DNA of 63,484 bases, the filler included, from Octopus bimaculoides (Eukaryota), in NCBI RefSeq assembly GCF_001194135.2. It is 6 parts of 5 records of this genome, joined end to end, with 100 filler letters (N's around TTAATTAATTAA, not from the genome) between each part and the next. Parts side by side here need not be neighbours in the genome. Positions count along the whole stretch, not along the records: positions 60,714 to 63,484 come from NC_068990.1; 5 more parts are not named here. One strand, given 5' to 3'. A program made the translations under genes and the position numbers. Below are positions 62,260 through 63,484 of this stretch, one piece after another. The stretch's first letter is position 1; each line of letters starts with the position of its first letter. The notes beneath the pieces were generated by a model. It did not search any database and was not told the origin of the DNA. It worked only from the letters and a program-made list of their open reading frames with translations.

Positions 62260-63484
62260 TTGGGTAATCCCATAAATAATGCAGTTTTTTCAATTGCATG
62301 AACTAAAAGTCTGAGGGAACGCGATAAATTACCTGCATCAACTTGCTATAAAAGCTAGTAGTAATTTAACTTGTCCTTATTCTTAGTGTAAGTTTTTAAG
62401 AGTACGTTTCGATTTTAACAGGTATTTTTTCAAAGCCATAATGGAAATGGCAAAGGAACATATTCAGCATAGTTTGCTTTATGAGTTCAATGAAAGCAAC
62501 AACAGAAAGTGTGAGGAATATTAATGCAGTATATGGGAGTCGGACAATAAGCGTAAGCCAGTGTCAAAGGTGGTTCCAGAAATTTTGAACCGGAAACTAC
62601 AGCCTAGAAGACGAGTCTCGTCCTGGTAGCTCGACAACGCCGCCCTGCAAAACCTGGTGGAACAAAATCCCATCGTAGCTGTTGAGGAACGAGCAAAGAA
62701 GCTTGGATTTGGTCATTCAACCATTCATCGACCCCTGTGTGCCATCGGAAAAGTCTGAAAATTTGGTCAATGGGTTCCTCAGAAACTTTCCGAGTCTAAC
62801 CGCGTGCAAAGAATGACTGTGTTCTCTTCTTTGCTGTCACGTCTCACGAATAAACCATTTTAAGACTAAATAGGGACTGGTTCTCTCTAAAATAGGTTCT
62901 GTAAAAATGTCAAGCGCTGAAGACAGTGGGTAGGGAAAAGAGAAACACCAGTATCTCAGGCTAAATTAAGTTTCGCCCACGTAAGGTGTTGTTATCTGTT
63001 TGGTGGGATATGGAGGGTTTAGTCCACTTTAAACTTTTAAACCCAAACCAAACGATAACAAAGGAGGTCTACTGCGCAGCTGAGCGGCTTAAGCCCGTGG
63101 TAGAAGAAAATCGACCAACTTTGGTTTCAAGACGAAAGGTGTTCTTCCATCAGAATAATGCTCGGCCACATACAGCGAGGATGACATTCCAAAGGCTGCA
63201 GCAGTTTGAATGAGAAACGATGCTCCATCTGATTATCATTTATTCTTCAAAATCAATTGGATGGAAAAAATATGAATTCTGTGGACGAGGTGAGAACAGT
63301 ACTGGAAGAGTAGTTTTCGTCACAGACAAGTGATTTTTGGAAGAGGGACCGTGCAAGTCTACCATATAGATGGAAGAGCATTGTGGAACATGGTGGGGAG
63401 TATATTTTAGATTAAAAAAAGTACTTTGTTTAACTTAATTTAGAAAAATAAAGGATGTATAAAAAACCGCATTATTTGTGGGAT
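62260..63484 (+). mobile_element. mariner element of a second family, near full length; right TIR cut by the window end
   Basis: TA|TTGGGTAATCCCATAAATAATGC left TIR, matching GCATTATTTGTGGGAT at the right end. Confidence 0.92.
62441..63415 (+). pseudogene. mariner transposase pseudogene
   Basis: MEMAKEHIQHSLLYEF, CQRWFQKF, GQWVP, VLLSVWWDMEGLVHF, VFFHQNNARPHTA, PSDYHL; several stops and frameshifts. Confidence 0.92.

Noticed and set aside
61173-63484. Two adjacent mariners as one composite transposon
   Set aside because: Their TIRs differ, each has its own TA flank, and they are separated by a TA/CA-rich run that is a natural insertion hotspot.

Overview
AT-rich eukaryotic (animal) genomic DNA dominated by microsatellites and decayed transposable elements. 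The repeat style and SINE families look cephalopod, probably Octopus; this is recognition from memory, not a database result. The window is not one contiguous locus: five artificial 100-bp linkers (44 N + TTAATTAATTAA + 44 N) split it into six pieces (1-11501, 11602-20706, 20807-34384, 34485-58725, 58826-60613, 60714-63484), and there are ordinary N gaps as well. No complete host gene, tRNA, rRNA or CRISPR array can be supported, and most tracked ORFs are microsatellite or N artefacts. Recognisable elements are R4/Dong-type LINE fragments, two Penelope-like elements (PLEs), an L1/Tx1 fragment, a Helitron derivative, four Tc1/mariner remnants, several MITEs and many tRNA-derived SINE copies. 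The most notable structure is a PLE at about 32.0-34.4 kb. An open GIY-YIG endonuclease frame sits between long inverted arms, and each arm carries a minimal hammerhead-ribozyme fold whose core reads GUGAACA, a G3-C8 swap of the canonical C3-G8 pair. Also notable are a palindromic MITE-like element built around head-to-head telomeric repeats (17.5-18.3 kb), a GC-rich island with hammerhead parts in non-canonical order (20.6 kb), and chains of R4/Dong elements inserted into each other's microsatellite tails. None of the ribozyme calls has been tested.
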